From: Paraspadella gotoi
Lineage: Eukaryota > Animalia > Chaetognatha
Length of the DNA: 64,000 nt
Direction of reading: 5' to 3'
NCBI GenBank assembly: GCA_051294375.1
Contig: CM119263.1
Span: forward strand, 3,494,785 to 3,558,784
A program made the translations under genes and the position numbers. This document shows positions 15,311 through 28,953 of this stretch, one piece after another (positions within the stretch are counted from its first letter, which is position 1; each line of letters opens with the position of its first letter). The notes beneath the pieces were generated by a model, which saw nothing but the letters and a program-made list of their open reading frames with translations, had not been told where the DNA came from and searched no databases.

Positions 15311-15871
15311 GAGATGTAAGATATGTTAACTAGATCTACGAAGAAAAATCGCCAAGATTTTCAGTCATGAATTTTTTTCTCTAATTTTTTTTTAAATTTT
15401 TAGAAAATTTTTTTCAGAAAAAAAAGAGAAAAAGTTACGGTTTATCAGTCGAAACGAAATTCCTGAATCGAGGAAAAAAAGACTAACAAATTCTGAAGAA
15501 AAAAACATTTAAAAAAAATTCAAAAGGCAAGGATGTTAGTTAAATTTAAAAAAAAGAAGCTTTTAAAAAAACTACGCAAGGCTGAAAAAAAAGTATGACA
15601 AAGTTAATTATAACAAAAAACAGAGATGAATCTAAGAAATAAAACAGACGAAAGAGAGAATATTTTTATAAACTGACAGCGTGGGGAATTTTTTGAGTCA
15701 AAAGAATTGAATTTGAAATTCGTGCAAAATGGACATTCATGGGGAGATTGCATGGAGCCCTTGGGCCATCGGTCTATGGGGGCACGATGACAACGACAAC
15801 AACAACGACAACAACAACAACGCGTCCATGAGCGAATCGCGGTAATTTCAAACGACCGGGAAATAAGGGTC

Positions 15872-15947
<76 letters not shown>

Positions 15948-16704
15948 CTTCTCTCTCTCTCTCTCTCTCTCTCTTTGCCCTTCGTCTTTCGAACAGGCGA
16001 AGACGTTTACGACTTTCTCTCCCGCCCCCCAATTTCCCCCATAATAACGAATTACATCCCTCTTTTACTTTCATGTTGGTTACATCCTTAACAATGACGA
16101 CTTTCCGGTCAAACCCATAAATTCGGATCCTTGAACGACTTTTCTTTTCCTCATTCAAATTCTAGAATAAAAATAAAAATAAAAAAATTTAAAATTCGTT
16201 GAAAAAATATTTTATTCGATGTTTCAAGGAAATTTTAGCCAATGAGTTTTCATCGACTTTGTTTTATTTGATTTGTTTACGATTTTTTAAACAAATAATT
16301 ATTTCTTTTAATTCGGCCTCGAGATTTTTTTATTCATTTATCCTCACTTCGCATCTTATTTATCTTTTTCTGCTTCTCTCAATTTTTTTCCTCTACTCTC
16401 TTAACTTAGGAATTAGCAACATTTTTAACTTTCTATTCTTTTTTCATAAAAACCAAAGTCGATTTTAAAATATAGAAAGGAAAATTTAGTTTTTATTAAA
16501 AAAAAAGAAAAAAAAGCGGCAAAAATCAAAGGAGGAAGAAAATTTTCTTGGGATGATTAATAAAAAAAATGAAATTAGAAAAAAAAAAGGAAAAAATTGA
16601 CGAAATGAAATTGCAAATTGAATTACTTAAGGGGAGAATGGGCGAACGTGAGACAGTGATGAATGCGGCTATAAAAATGAATGAATAAATAAAGGAAATA
16701 AAAA

Positions 16705-16809
16705 ATGAATGAATGAATGAATGAATGAATGAATGAATGAATGAATGAATGAATGAATGAATGAATGAATGAATTAATCAATCAGTATTAAATAACAAAA
16801 TGTAATAAT

Positions 16810-16843
<34 letters not shown>

Positions 16844-16858
16844 TAATAATAAATAATA

Positions 16859-16892
<34 letters not shown>

Positions 16893-16912
16893 GATAATAA
16901 TAATAATAAGTA
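16705..16912. repeat. Adjacent (ATGA)n and (AAT)n microsatellites
   Basis: (ATGA)n at 16705-16773; imperfect (AAT)n at 16804-16912. Confidence 0.95.
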
Positions 16913-17098
16913 ATAAAGAAACGACTCATAGAGTACAACCGAGAATAAAGATGAGAAATACATTTATTTATAAAGCAATAAAAAAAAAGAATAAACTTGG
17001 AAAATAATATTAGAATCTCCAGAGTCGGAATGACAATGAACAGCCCACCGGCGATCCAGATGGACAAAGAGACAGAAGGATGTCGCTCTTTCTCCGGA

Positions 17099-17145
<47 letters not shown>

Positions 17146-17333
17146 AGAAGAACGACAAGTTTCCCATCGGTCGAATTAAGAAGACGCGTTGAGGATGATG
17201 GGAAGAGGGGGGGGGGGGGTTGAAGGAGGGGCGTAGGGGGAAGTGATCGGAGAAGAAGGATAGGTGGACAAAGGAACCGAGACAGAAAAAACCACCCAAG
17301 GGGCGGGACGAGGCTTTAGAAAGTTTATAAAGG

Positions 17334-17404
<71 letters not shown>

Positions 17405-18694
17405 AAGAGAGAGATAGGACTATAGCTCTGACGAAAAAGTCGAGTTTTTTTATAATATTCTTTGATCGGCCAATGTAGACATGATGGCAATATTCTATTT
17501 TTAAGTTTTAAAAAAAAACCGACCATAAATATAGAAAATATTAACCAAATCTCGGAAATCCCCACCTCTAGGAAGATTTTTCGCCATATAAGATTTTTTT
17601 TCCGAGAATCTGACTCCCGTTGGAAACTCTTGAATTCCGATCGTTAGCTCCTCTTTTACTTTACTTTAAATAAAATTTCACCAAAATGGACTAATTCACT
17701 TTAAATGATCGTATCATATTAAAATAACAAAGAAAAGTAAAGAAAATTTGGAGCCTTCAGACAATATTGCTATCGATTCTAAAATTCGAAGTTTATTGTA
17801 ATGACAACATACCTTAATCGTTGATATTGTATTGAAGTTGAGAAATCCCTTTATTTTATATATAAAAATTGCGTCAAAAATTTTCCCGAGCGGACCAGTC
17901 CATTTGAATTGATGGTTCGATGTCAAAATGATGGTTATTTTGTCAAGAGAAAAAAAATGCGAGCCTCAGAATGTAACAGGATGTTGAATCAAGTGTTTTT
18001 AATCTATTTTTTACCTGAATTATTCCAGGGGCGTTGACATATTTGGTAGTCGATTTTAACGAAAATTCCATTTGAAAAGTCTTCCTCGATTTCTAAGAAC
18101 GCGTAGACTCTAAACTTTTCAACAATTTCGGTAAGATGAGAATATTTGTGTTGGAGTCAAGGTCATTATAAAGAAGGAAATGTTTGTAAACATTATTTAT
18201 ATAGATATATCTATTTCCACACCGGCCCAGGAACTAAAACATTTTCACGAATTCAAAATTGTCATCGCATGACTCGATTTTTTCGGAGGAAGTTGAAAAA
18301 TCGCTCAATAATTTTTCGATAATAATAATAACTTTTATTACGATTTTGATGATTAGTTTCTTCAGATGTTCACAAATTAATTGATTATTCACGCTATCAT
18401 CTTTTTACTTCCTCGAGATTTTTTATCTTAAAAAATCAGCATGCAAACAATAAAAATTGATCCCGGTGCACAATGGCTTAATGAGTCAGTTGACCCAGGA
18501 AAGAATTGATTTTCAAAGACGAAAAATACATTAAGTGCTTTTACATTTAATAACTACATTTTATAACGTTAATTAAGTATATTAAATTAATTTTCAATTA
18601 TATATACTACATTCTTATTCACTAGAACCCCTTCCGCATTCTAAATATAGAAAATCCGAATAGAGAGAGATAATATAAAGAGAGAAAGAGAGAC

Positions 18695-18775
<81 letters not shown>

Positions 18776-21700
18776 GAGACTGAATCCATATAAGTGGGTG
18801 ACGTCTTCATTTACTTATTCATCGTATATAACGATATTAGAACCTAAGATTAATTTTTAACAGACCAACCGTTCGTGCGCTCGACGAACGTAAACAAATA
18901 TTGACTCAAAATAAACAAACAAAAAGCGAAATTCGATTTGAAAATTTCCCAACAAAATGTCAAAGGTCAAACGTTTGAATGTCAACGACTGCGAAGGAGG
19001 AGGCAACGACAACGACGAAGAACGACAACAACAACAACGACAACAACAGGCCTCCGATGCTGCCACAACTTAAAAGTGGTTTCGCGCTTTTGTGGCGTTT
19101 AATCCGCCAAAGCGTCAAAGATCATCTCATTGGGCTTGACAAGTAAAGACGACAGCAAAGAAGCCGACAAAAAAAAAGAATAAAATTGAAGGAAAAAAAA
19201 ATCGAACGAAATTTTCAGGATTAAATTTTAACTCGTGGCTCGAAACCTTTTTCAGGCTCTTAGAATACGATGACGACGACGACGACGACGAAGAAATTGA
19301 CGACGACGAAGAAAATGACGACGCCGATGACGATTATAATTCGTTAATCCCGTTTCAGAGTAAAAGTAATTTTCTCTCTAAGCAATTTTCATTTAAAGAT
19401 ACACTATTGGTTAAAACGAGACGTGACATGTCAAGATGGGCCGAAGCTATGTCAAGAAAGGATGTGTCATGCCCAAAAGTGTCTAAAAGTTATGTGTCAT
19501 ATAGGAAGGGGACTCGTCAAGAAAGGATGTGTCATATCGGGAATGCGTCACGCGAATAAGTGATTAAAATCGACGGGGAAGAAAAAAATTTAGGTCTTCG
19601 TCGATTAAGAGATGATTGGATTCGGTTGGGGATCAATTCAGATGATTACAGTCGGAGAAGAACTAATTTCAATGACTAGAGATGGAGGGGAAATTATATC
19701 ATATGATTGAAGATGGGCTGAGATGATATCAGACGGAGATGGTCAAAGATATTCATAGACGTTTGAGATTAAGCGAAATCAATAAACATTTCAAGGTTAG
19801 TTAAAATTTATAAGTAGTCGATTAAACGATTCATGAGCGTCGTCCATCATTGACATTCATCTTTATCGATTGTTTAATCAATCAGAAGCAATTAGTTCTT
19901 CGTTATCGTCGTCGTCATCGTCGTCGTCGTCATCGTCGTCATCGTCCTCATGAAACTCGATCTCCGAAAAAGTTGACCCTTAATCCAACTTCCGTCTTTA
20001 GCGAAAAAAATATTCTTTACACATTTTTGTACAACACTTCTCGTCGACGTCCGCTGATGTTGTGGCTGATGTTGTTTTTGTTGTTGTTGTTGTTGCTTTC
20101 TTCCCCAATATTATCGGCACCTCAACTGTTGTAGTCGATACAGAGGCAGTTGAGGGGATTTCGATCCACGGATCTGATTTCTCGGAAACCACGGGGATTC
20201 CTTCGATCCCCGTTTTTCAACATTTTTCCCCCCATCTCAAATTTCTTATCCTTATTCATCGATTCTTCCATCTCTCTTCTTTCTCCCTCTCGTTCATCAA
20301 TTCCCAGTTCTCCTTTCCTCTTTTCCCTTCCTTCTCATTCAATAACTACCATTTCTTAGTTCTCCTTCCCCCCTTCCCTACCCATCTCATTCATCAATTC
20401 CCCGTTCTCCTTTCCTCTATTCCCTCCCCTCTCATTCAACAATTACCATTTCTTCTTTCNNNNNNNNNNNNNNNNNNNNNNNNNNNNNNNNNNNNNNNNN
20501 NNNNNNNNNNNNNNNNNNNNNNNNNNNNNNNNNNNNNNNNNNNNNNNNNNNNNNNNNNNNNNNNNNNNNNNNNNNNNNNNNNNNNNNNNNNNNNNNNNNN
20601 NNNNNNNNNNNNNNNNNNNNNNNNNNNNNNNNNNNNNNNNNNNNNNNNNNNNNNNNNNNNNNNNNNNNNNNNNNNNNNNNNNNNNNNNNNNNNNNNNNNN
20701 NNNNNNNNNNNNNNNNNNNNNNNNNNNNNNNNNNNNNNNNNNNNNNNNNNNNNNNNNNNNNNNNNNNNNNNNNNNNNNNNNNNNNNNNNNNNNNNNNNNN
20801 NNNNNNNNNNNNNNNNNNNNNNNNNNNNNNNNNNNNNNNNNNNNNNNNNNNNNNNNNNNNNNNNNNNNNNNNNNNNNNNNNNNNNNNNNNNNNNNNNNNN
20901 NNNNNNNNNNNNNNNNNNNNNNNNNNNNNNNNNNNNNNNNNNNNNNNNNNNNNNNNNNNNNNNNNNNNNNNNNNNNNNNNNNNNNNNNNNNNNNNNNNNN
21001 NNNNNNNNNNNNNNNNNNNNNNNNNNNNNNNNNNNNNNNNNNNNNNNNNNNNNNNNNNNNNNNNNNNNNNNNNNNNNNNNNNNNNNNNNNNNNNNNNNNN
21101 NNNNNNNNNNNNNNNNNNNNNNNNNNNNNNNNNNNNNNNNNNNNNNNNNNNNNNNNNNNNNNNNNNNNNNNNNNNNNNNNNNNNNNNNNNNNNNNNNNNN
21201 NNNNNNNNNNNNNNNNNNNNNNNNNNNNNNNNNNNNNNNNNNNNNNNNNNNNNNNNNNNNNNNNNNNNNNNNNNNNNNNNNNNNNNNNNNNNNNNNNNNN
21301 NNNNNNNNNNNNNNNNAAAAAAATGGAAAGAGATTTTTCAAACTCGGGAAAAGTGACTCGTCCGCTCCTTCGACGCTCCACCTCCCCCCTCCGCCTCCCN
21401 NNNNNNNNNNNNNNNNNNNNNNNNNNNNNNNNNNNNNNNNNNNNNNNNNNNNNNNNNNNNNNNNNNNNNNNNNNNNNNNNNNNNNNNNNNNNNNNNNNNN
21501 NNNNNNNNNNNNNNNNNNNNNNNNNNNNNNNNNNNNNNNNNNNNNNNNNNNNNNNNNNNNNNNNNNNNNNNNNNNNNNNNNNNNNNNNNNNNNNNNNNNN
21601 NNNNNNNNNNNNNNNNNNNNNNNNNNNNNNNNNNNNNNNNNNNNNNGGTGGAGAAGAAATGGGCGAGTGGTTAGAAGCACAGTGGTGAAATAAAGCGAAG

Positions 21701-24700
21701 TGATAAAGAATGTGAGATGGGGAAGTATATACAGGAACGTAAAGTAATTAAAACGTAGTTTATATTAACTTTCAGTTTAATTATTTTATACAATGCAAAA
21801 ATATACATTTACATATACATAAAAATATTATTTTGGGCTAATAAAAAGACATTTTAATCATCTTTCCGCTCTTTTCTCTCGCATCGTAATTTTCTTTTTC
21901 AGAAAAAAAATTATTTCCTCCTTTGAAAATAAAATGTAATCTAGATTTTTCCCATTGAACTTTTTTTCTCATTCAATGCAAATCCTATTTTAATCTTCTC
22001 CTAGTCTCTCTCTCNNNNNNNNNNNNNNNNNNNNNNNNNNNNNNNNNNNNNNNNNNNNNNNNNNNNNNNNNNNNNNNNNNNNNNNNNNNNNNNNNNNNNN
22101 NNNNNNNNNNNNNNNNNNNNNNNNNNNNNNNNNNNNNNNNNNNNNNNNNNNNNNNNNNNNNNNNNNNNNNNNNNNNNNNNNNNNNNNNNNNNNNNNNNNN
22201 NNNNNNNNNNNNNNNNNNNNNNNNNNNNNNNNNNNNNNNNNNNNNNNNNNNNNNNNNNNNNNNNNNNNNNNNNNNNNNNNNNNNNNNNNNNNNNNNNNNN
22301 NNNNNNNNNNNNNNNNNNNNNNNNNNNNNNNNNNNGGGGGAGAGGGCGAAGGTGGGTAGAGGAGTTGGTGGAGTGGGGAACAAGAATACAAGAGTAAACT
22401 TGTATTTAATAATTTAATTTAATAAAACTAAAATCAACATAAGAATAATAAATAAAGTGAAACTGAGAACAAAGGACTTTTAGAAATAGAGAAGAAGAGA
22501 GTATAATTATGGTGAACGGAAAAGAACAAAAAAGAATTTCTGAGAACTTGGAGGAATCAGATTGACAAAAAAAAAGTTTTCCCTTTTCTGGGTTTAAGAA
22601 AATCGAGCAGTTGCGTTAAGCTGAGGGATGCAGGCGAGTGACCATGGAAAACAGACGTAAAATGACATTAACTGACGTAAAATGACATAAAATAACGCAG
22701 TATATAAGTTCACGTAAAATATATTAAAATTTAGTTTAAAACAGTAACTTAACATAATGATGCTAGTGCGAAGTACAATATAGTATTCTCCGTTCTATTC
22801 GATTGAAAATCTTCGGGGGCTCTGGGAGTGAATGAACGAGAATGTGAGTGATTCTTAATTAAAAGCTTTCAGGGTCCTGCTTTGCCTTTATCTTGTAAGA
22901 GTGATGGAGGCCTTAAACCACCACTCTTCAAAGTAAGGGGCAAGATAGCTTATTTATTAAATGAACAAAATTTTCAAAAATTTCATTGAGGAAAATGACA
23001 TAAAAAATTTAAAAAAGAAACAAAAGGAGAATAACGGCGAGAGAGAAAACTCCGCCCCGACGGGGATTTGCATCGACCCTTAATCCAACTTTTTTGTTTG
23101 TTTGTTAATGTTAATCATTGTTTACATTTGAGTCGCGGAATTCGTAAGAAGCCCCAAAGGAATCGGGGTGTAAGAGGGAGGGACCGGTGGGGGACTGGAG
23201 GGGGGGCGGAGATAGGAGGATCGAAAAGAAGAGGAAGAGGAAGAGGAGGTAAACAGGATAACAACAACAACCGAAGCCTAATCAACCACAACGACAACAA
23301 CAACACGTGAAATTCACGTGAATAAACTCCGAAGGGAATGATGATTAGAAGTTTAGAGACGATGACGACGACGATGACGACGACGATGACAACGACAATT
23401 CTGTCCGTCTGTCCGTCTCTTCTTTAATTCATCTCTTTCCTCTGTTTCTCCATATGTCTAATTGCCCCTCCGCCCGACAGTCGGTCCGTCATCGGCGCGT
23501 TCTTCCGTCCGTCTGTCCTTTCGTCCGTCCGTCCCTAAGTCCGTCTTCGAAAATGAGATTCGAATGAAATTAGATTTAATTTCGATGATGTTTTGCTACG
23601 TGGGCCATTCCAGCTGTGTAACTGGCCGCCAATGAGACCGACGCAGCCTTTACCGCCATGGCGGTAATGCCCGCCAAAGCCTTTGCCGCCCACACCTGCG
23701 TTTGCCCCTCGTCTCTCTCAAACCCGCCAAGAATGTTTTCCCACGTGTTTCGCCTGTAATCGTTTACAGATTATTTTTTACAAACGAAATTTGAACATCG
23801 ATTTTAAAAACGCAACATATTCACTGTGAGTATCGAACTCACAAAAGCGGCGAAGGGAACGAAGGAAAAAAAAATCACGGCGCTGAGGTTGGTCTCAAAT
23901 GCCGGAGCGCTTTGCGAGTACATTGTACAATTATTCTTCGATTAAATTAATTAATGGTTGGAGAATAAAAAAAAAGGAATTAAAAGCCTCAACTGGGCAG
24001 ACGGGCCTGTGAGAATATAACCTCCCAGTGAACCGAGCCGCGGGGAGTTTTTTTCTTTTTTTTAAACTTTTTTTATGTATACAAACTTGTATTTTTTTTA
24101 ACTTAAGAAAACAGCGATTAGCGGGGAGAAGAAAAGTTAAGAAAAAGCATCTGAGTCACAACAAAATGTTTTCGTTTTTAAATCTGTGTGGGCGTGAATA
24201 GAGACACTTCATTCTGGACCACATGTAATATTTACGATTAATATTACAGTTTACGATTCTTGATAAACTATATAACAGTCGGGCGTTACTAATGGTTTAC
24301 ATATTTTTTTCAATGTGCGATGGTGAATTTAGTTTTACATTTCGTTTGAGAATAAACAGATAAGGAACACTTAATAAATGTCCCGTCGGCAGAACAAAAA
24401 TACGAAAACATTTTGATTTATTAAGTGGGAGAAACGACGAGGTTGNNNNNNNNNNNNNNNNNNNNNNNNNNNNNNNNNNNNNNNNNNNNNNNNNNNNNNN
24501 NNNNNNNNNNNNNNNNNNNNNNNNNNNNNNNNNNNNNNNNNNNNNNNNNNNNNNNNNNNNNNNNNNNCAAAAAGGCTCTTTGGCTGAGAGTCACAAACGG
24601 TTTAATTCGAGGAAACGTCTGAAGTAAAATGTCAAATGTTCACAGAAAAAAAACAAAAAAAAAACATCGAAACGTAAAAAAGAGGAAAAAATCCACGCAA

Positions 24701-27404
24701 AGGATGAAAAGAGAAAAAAGGAAAAACGAGGAACGTTGGGTTTTTTTTTTCTTTCACAATTTGGATTCAAATTGTTGTTTACTCGAGTCCGTCTCTCTTG
24801 TGAACGCAATTAGGGCGTGAGGGTTTGTGAAGCTGACGTTTTTTTGGGGAAAATTTGATATTATAATGTTTGGAATAGATGACGACAAAAACGTCAACGT
24901 TAAGGACAATAGCGACAACAAAACAATTACAAAAACATAAATTAAAACAGCGACAACAAAAAAATTACAACAATGATAATAAATACAACAATTATTACGA
25001 CAACGACAACAAAGAAAACGATCACAACAACTACAACAACGAAAACTACTGCATACAAAAATAACAACGAAAATGACGACGACGACGACGACGACGCCAA
25101 CGAGAAATGAGCCCCTTCACCTCTGGGCCACCGACGACGGTTCCAGTTTTTCAAAAGATTTCGTTGGAAGCGAATCTCGTAAAAGGCGATAATCGATAAA
25201 ACCCGATCTTCGTTAAAACGATCGCAAGGCCTAAGACCGAAGACAGAAAATGACGATTGTCGTGGCGTCGTTATATCCGAAGAATCGTTATGAGCGGAGT
25301 TNNNNNNNNNNNNNNNNNNNNNNNNNNNNNNNNNNNNNNNNNNNNNNNNNNNNNNNNNNNNNNNNNNNNNNNNNNNNNNNNNNNNNNNNNNNNNNNNNNN
25401 NNNNNNNNNNNNNNNNNNNNNNNNNNNNNNNNNNNNNNNNNNNNNNNNNNNNNNNNNNNNNNNNNNNNNNNNNNNNNNNNNNNNNNNNNNNNNNNNNNNN
25501 NNNNNNNNNNNNNNNNNNNNNNNNNNNNNNNNNNNNNNNNNNNNNNNNNNNNNNNNNNNNNNNNNNNNNNNNNNNNNNNNNNNNNNNNNNNNNNNNNNNN
25601 NNNNNNNNNNNNNNNNNNNNNNNNNNNNNNNNNNNNNNNNNNNNNNNNNNNNNNNNNNNNNNNNNNNNNNNNNNNNNNNNNNNNNNNNNNNNNNNNNNNN
25701 NNNNNNNNNNNNNNNNNNNNNNNNNNNNNNNNNNNNNNNNNNNNNNNNNNNNNNNNNNNNNNNNNNNNNNNNNNNNNNNNNNNNNNNNNNNNNNNNNNNN
25801 NNNNNNNNNNNNNNNNNNNNNNNNNNNNNNNNNNNNNNNNNNNNNNNNNNNNNNNNNNNNNNNNNNNNNNNNNNNNNNNNNNNNNNNNNNNNNNNNNNNN
25901 NNNNNNNNNNNNNNNNNNNNNNNNNNNNNNNNNNNNNNNNNNNNNNNNNNNNNNNNNNNNNNNNNNNNNNNNNNNNNNNNNNNNNNNNNNNNNNNNNNNN
26001 NNNNNNNNNNTCATTTCCTAAAACATGTCACCGGTAACAGGTCACATCAATCTATTCACACATCAAAGCTCAAGATTTACAAGTACAGGGGATGTCGTGG
26101 TGATGAGTGAAAGCGATCGAGACGAAAGTGATAGTGACAAAGTGATAGCGATGATGGTCGATGATGATTGAGATTGAAAAAGTGACCATCAAAGATTTTC
26201 GAGCATGTTTATTTAAAAAAAATAGAAAAATATAATGTTAGAAATAGAAACGAAAAAAGTTTTAAATTGACTTCGAATCGTTCGAGCGTTTTAAAAACGT
26301 CGGAAATTGACGATCAGATAAAACTATTTTGTTTTGTTTAAAGATAAAAAAAAAACAAAAGAGAGACGACGAATAAAAAAAACCCGGCGAAGCGCGCGAC
26401 GAAATATGAAAAAAAAAACACAAAAAAAAAAACAAAAGGAAAACAAGAAAATTAGAGCGAAAGAAATAAAAATCAATGATCGTTAAGGGGGAACGATCCT
26501 CTACTCCTCCTCTCAATTTCCTCTTCCTCCTCCTATTTGATTCTTTGCCGTCTCTCCTCTTCATCTCCGCTGGACGATGCTGTTANNNNNNNNNNNNNNN
26601 NNNNNNNNNNNNNNNNNNNNNNNNNNNNNNNNNNNNNNNNNNNNNNNNNNNNNNNNNNNNNNNNNNNNNNNNNNNNNNNNNNNNNNNNNNNNNNNNNNNN
26701 NNNNNNNNNNNNNNNNNNNNNNNNNNNNNNNNNNNNNNNNNNNNNNNNNNNNNNNNNNNNNNNNNNNNNNNNNNAATTTTTTTTTGTTTCGAGTTGGATG
26801 CAATAATTATTAAGGGGAGGACGCGTGGGCTAAGTTCAGTTATTTCGACGCCGGAAAAATGTATTTTTAATGTATATTTTTAATATTTAATTTTGTTTTA
26901 TTTAATAATAACAACTACGATTACATTATGGTGCCTAAGAGAGATTTGTTAACGTTTTCTAAACTTGAACTTATAGTTGTATAAGTAGATGCTGAATTGT
27001 ATGATTATTTATTAGACATAATACTAACTAGACCTCTCTCTTCAAATACGTCGATATCAAAGACGATTCTAATCTATTTATATTGTAAAGGATGTTGTTT
27101 GAAATCGACGTCCACCCGAAAGACGAGAACAACATCAACAACAACAACAAAATCTCCCTTTGCGAATATATTTAGTCGACTTAAAATAACTTTTATTGTT
27201 TAAATCATTTTTTTCAATAAATCTATTCATGTTGTAAAAAAGGTTCTGAGAAGCCGAGTTTATCACGTGAAAACTAAACTAATTTAATGATCCCCAGTCA
27301 AGTTTTTTTTTTCCAGTCTCGTCATTTTTTTTTTTGAAGAATTTCGTAAAAATGAACTAACGATTTTCTTCGTAGAAAAACGAAACGTCACTTAGTCCAA
27401 ATTT

Positions 27405-27452
<48 letters not shown>
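27405..27452. repeat. (GAC)n microsatellite (others at 13021-13062 region, 17098-17143, 28090-28131, 44896-44939, 50912-50955)
   Basis: Directly visible. Confidence 0.95.
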
Positions 27453-27453
<1 letters not shown>

Positions 27454-28088
27454 ATTTCTAATTTTATTCTTGAAAATTCGTTCGAATTTGAATCGAAAAA
27501 CTAAAAATTAAAGAGAAACTCTCGTCCATTAATCTTTTCTTTCTCTTGAGCGGTTGAAAGATTGGGGGGGGGGNNNNNNNNNNNNNNNNNNNNNNNNNNN
27601 NNNNNNNNNNNNNNNNNNNNNNNNNNNNNNNNNNNNNNNNNNNNNNNNNNNNNNNNNNNNNNNNNNNNNNNNNNNNNNNNNNNNNNNNNNNNNNNNNNNN
27701 NNNNNNNNNNNNNNNNNNNNNNNNNNNNNNNNNNNNNNNNNNNNNNNNNNNNNNNNNNNNNNNNNNNNNNNNNNNNNNNNNNNNNNNNNNNNNNNNNNNN
27801 NNNNNNNNNNNNNNNNNNNNNNNNNNNNNNNNNNNNNNNNNNNNNNNNNNNNNNNNNNNNNNNNNNNNNNNNNNNNNNNNNNNNNNNNNNNNNNNNNNNN
27901 NNNNNNNNNNNNNNNNNNNNNNNNNNNNNNNNNNNNNNNNNNNNNNNNNNNNNNNNNNNNNNNNNNNNNNNNNNNNNNNNNNNNNNNNNNNNNNNNNNNN
28001 NNNNNCTTATTTTCACATCTCAACCTGTTGCCGACAGCAATTTAGGACGCGCGCGACCTTAGAAAATTTTCGTCGCAAATAACCTTCG

Positions 28089-28132
<44 letters not shown>

Positions 28133-28306
28133 CTTCGCCTCATAACCATAATCATCAAGCATTCGCTACTCTCAACAAAAAAAAAGGAAAAAAAAGAAAA
28201 AAAGGAAAAATTCCCTCGCGACTCGAAAATCACAAGAGAAAAGTAGGATTCTCTTTTGATTCTCGTTGCGAAGTTGGCATCATGAGAGCAAGAGAGTGAG
28301 AGAGAA

Positions 28307-28373
<67 letters not shown>

Positions 28374-28921
28374 CATTCAAACTGCTTCTGAAACTAGCAC
28401 GTCGCTAAATTGGTCATTAGAAGCAAAGCGTCTACCATTAGTTGTCCCGTCGCTCAGAATAACTAATAACTATATGTGTTTACGGTAATTACAAATATCT
28501 ATCCTTATTAACGTATGTAAGTATATGTCACAACTTTCTATAAGAGACAGAGGTTATTCTTCTTCCATTTTTCTTTCTGTCCTTCTTTTTTCATTTCTTT
28601 CAGTCCTTTCTTTTTCTCTTTCTCTCTTTCTTTCTTTTTTCATTCTTTATCTCTCTATTTTCTTTTCTATCTGTCTTCGTTTCTTTCTTTTNNNNNNNNN
28701 NNNNNNNNNNNNNNNNNNNNNNNNNNNNNNNNNNNNNNNNNNNNNNNNNNNNNNNNNNNNNNNNNNNNNNNNNNNNNNNNNNNNNNNNNNNNNNNNNNNN
28801 NNNNNNNNNNNNNNNNNNNNNNNNNNNNNNNNNNNNNNNNNNNNNNNNNNNNNNNNNNNNNNNNNNNNNNNNNNNNNNNNNNNNNNNNNNNNNNNNNNNN
28901 NNNNNNNNNNNNNNNNNNNNN

Positions 28922-28953
<32 letters not shown>

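Noticed and set aside
19430-19545. Direct repeat gtcaagaaaggatgtgtcat (two copies) and TGTCA-rich cluster
   Set aside because: Consistent with the many short degenerate tandem repeats in this genome; no independent sign of function.
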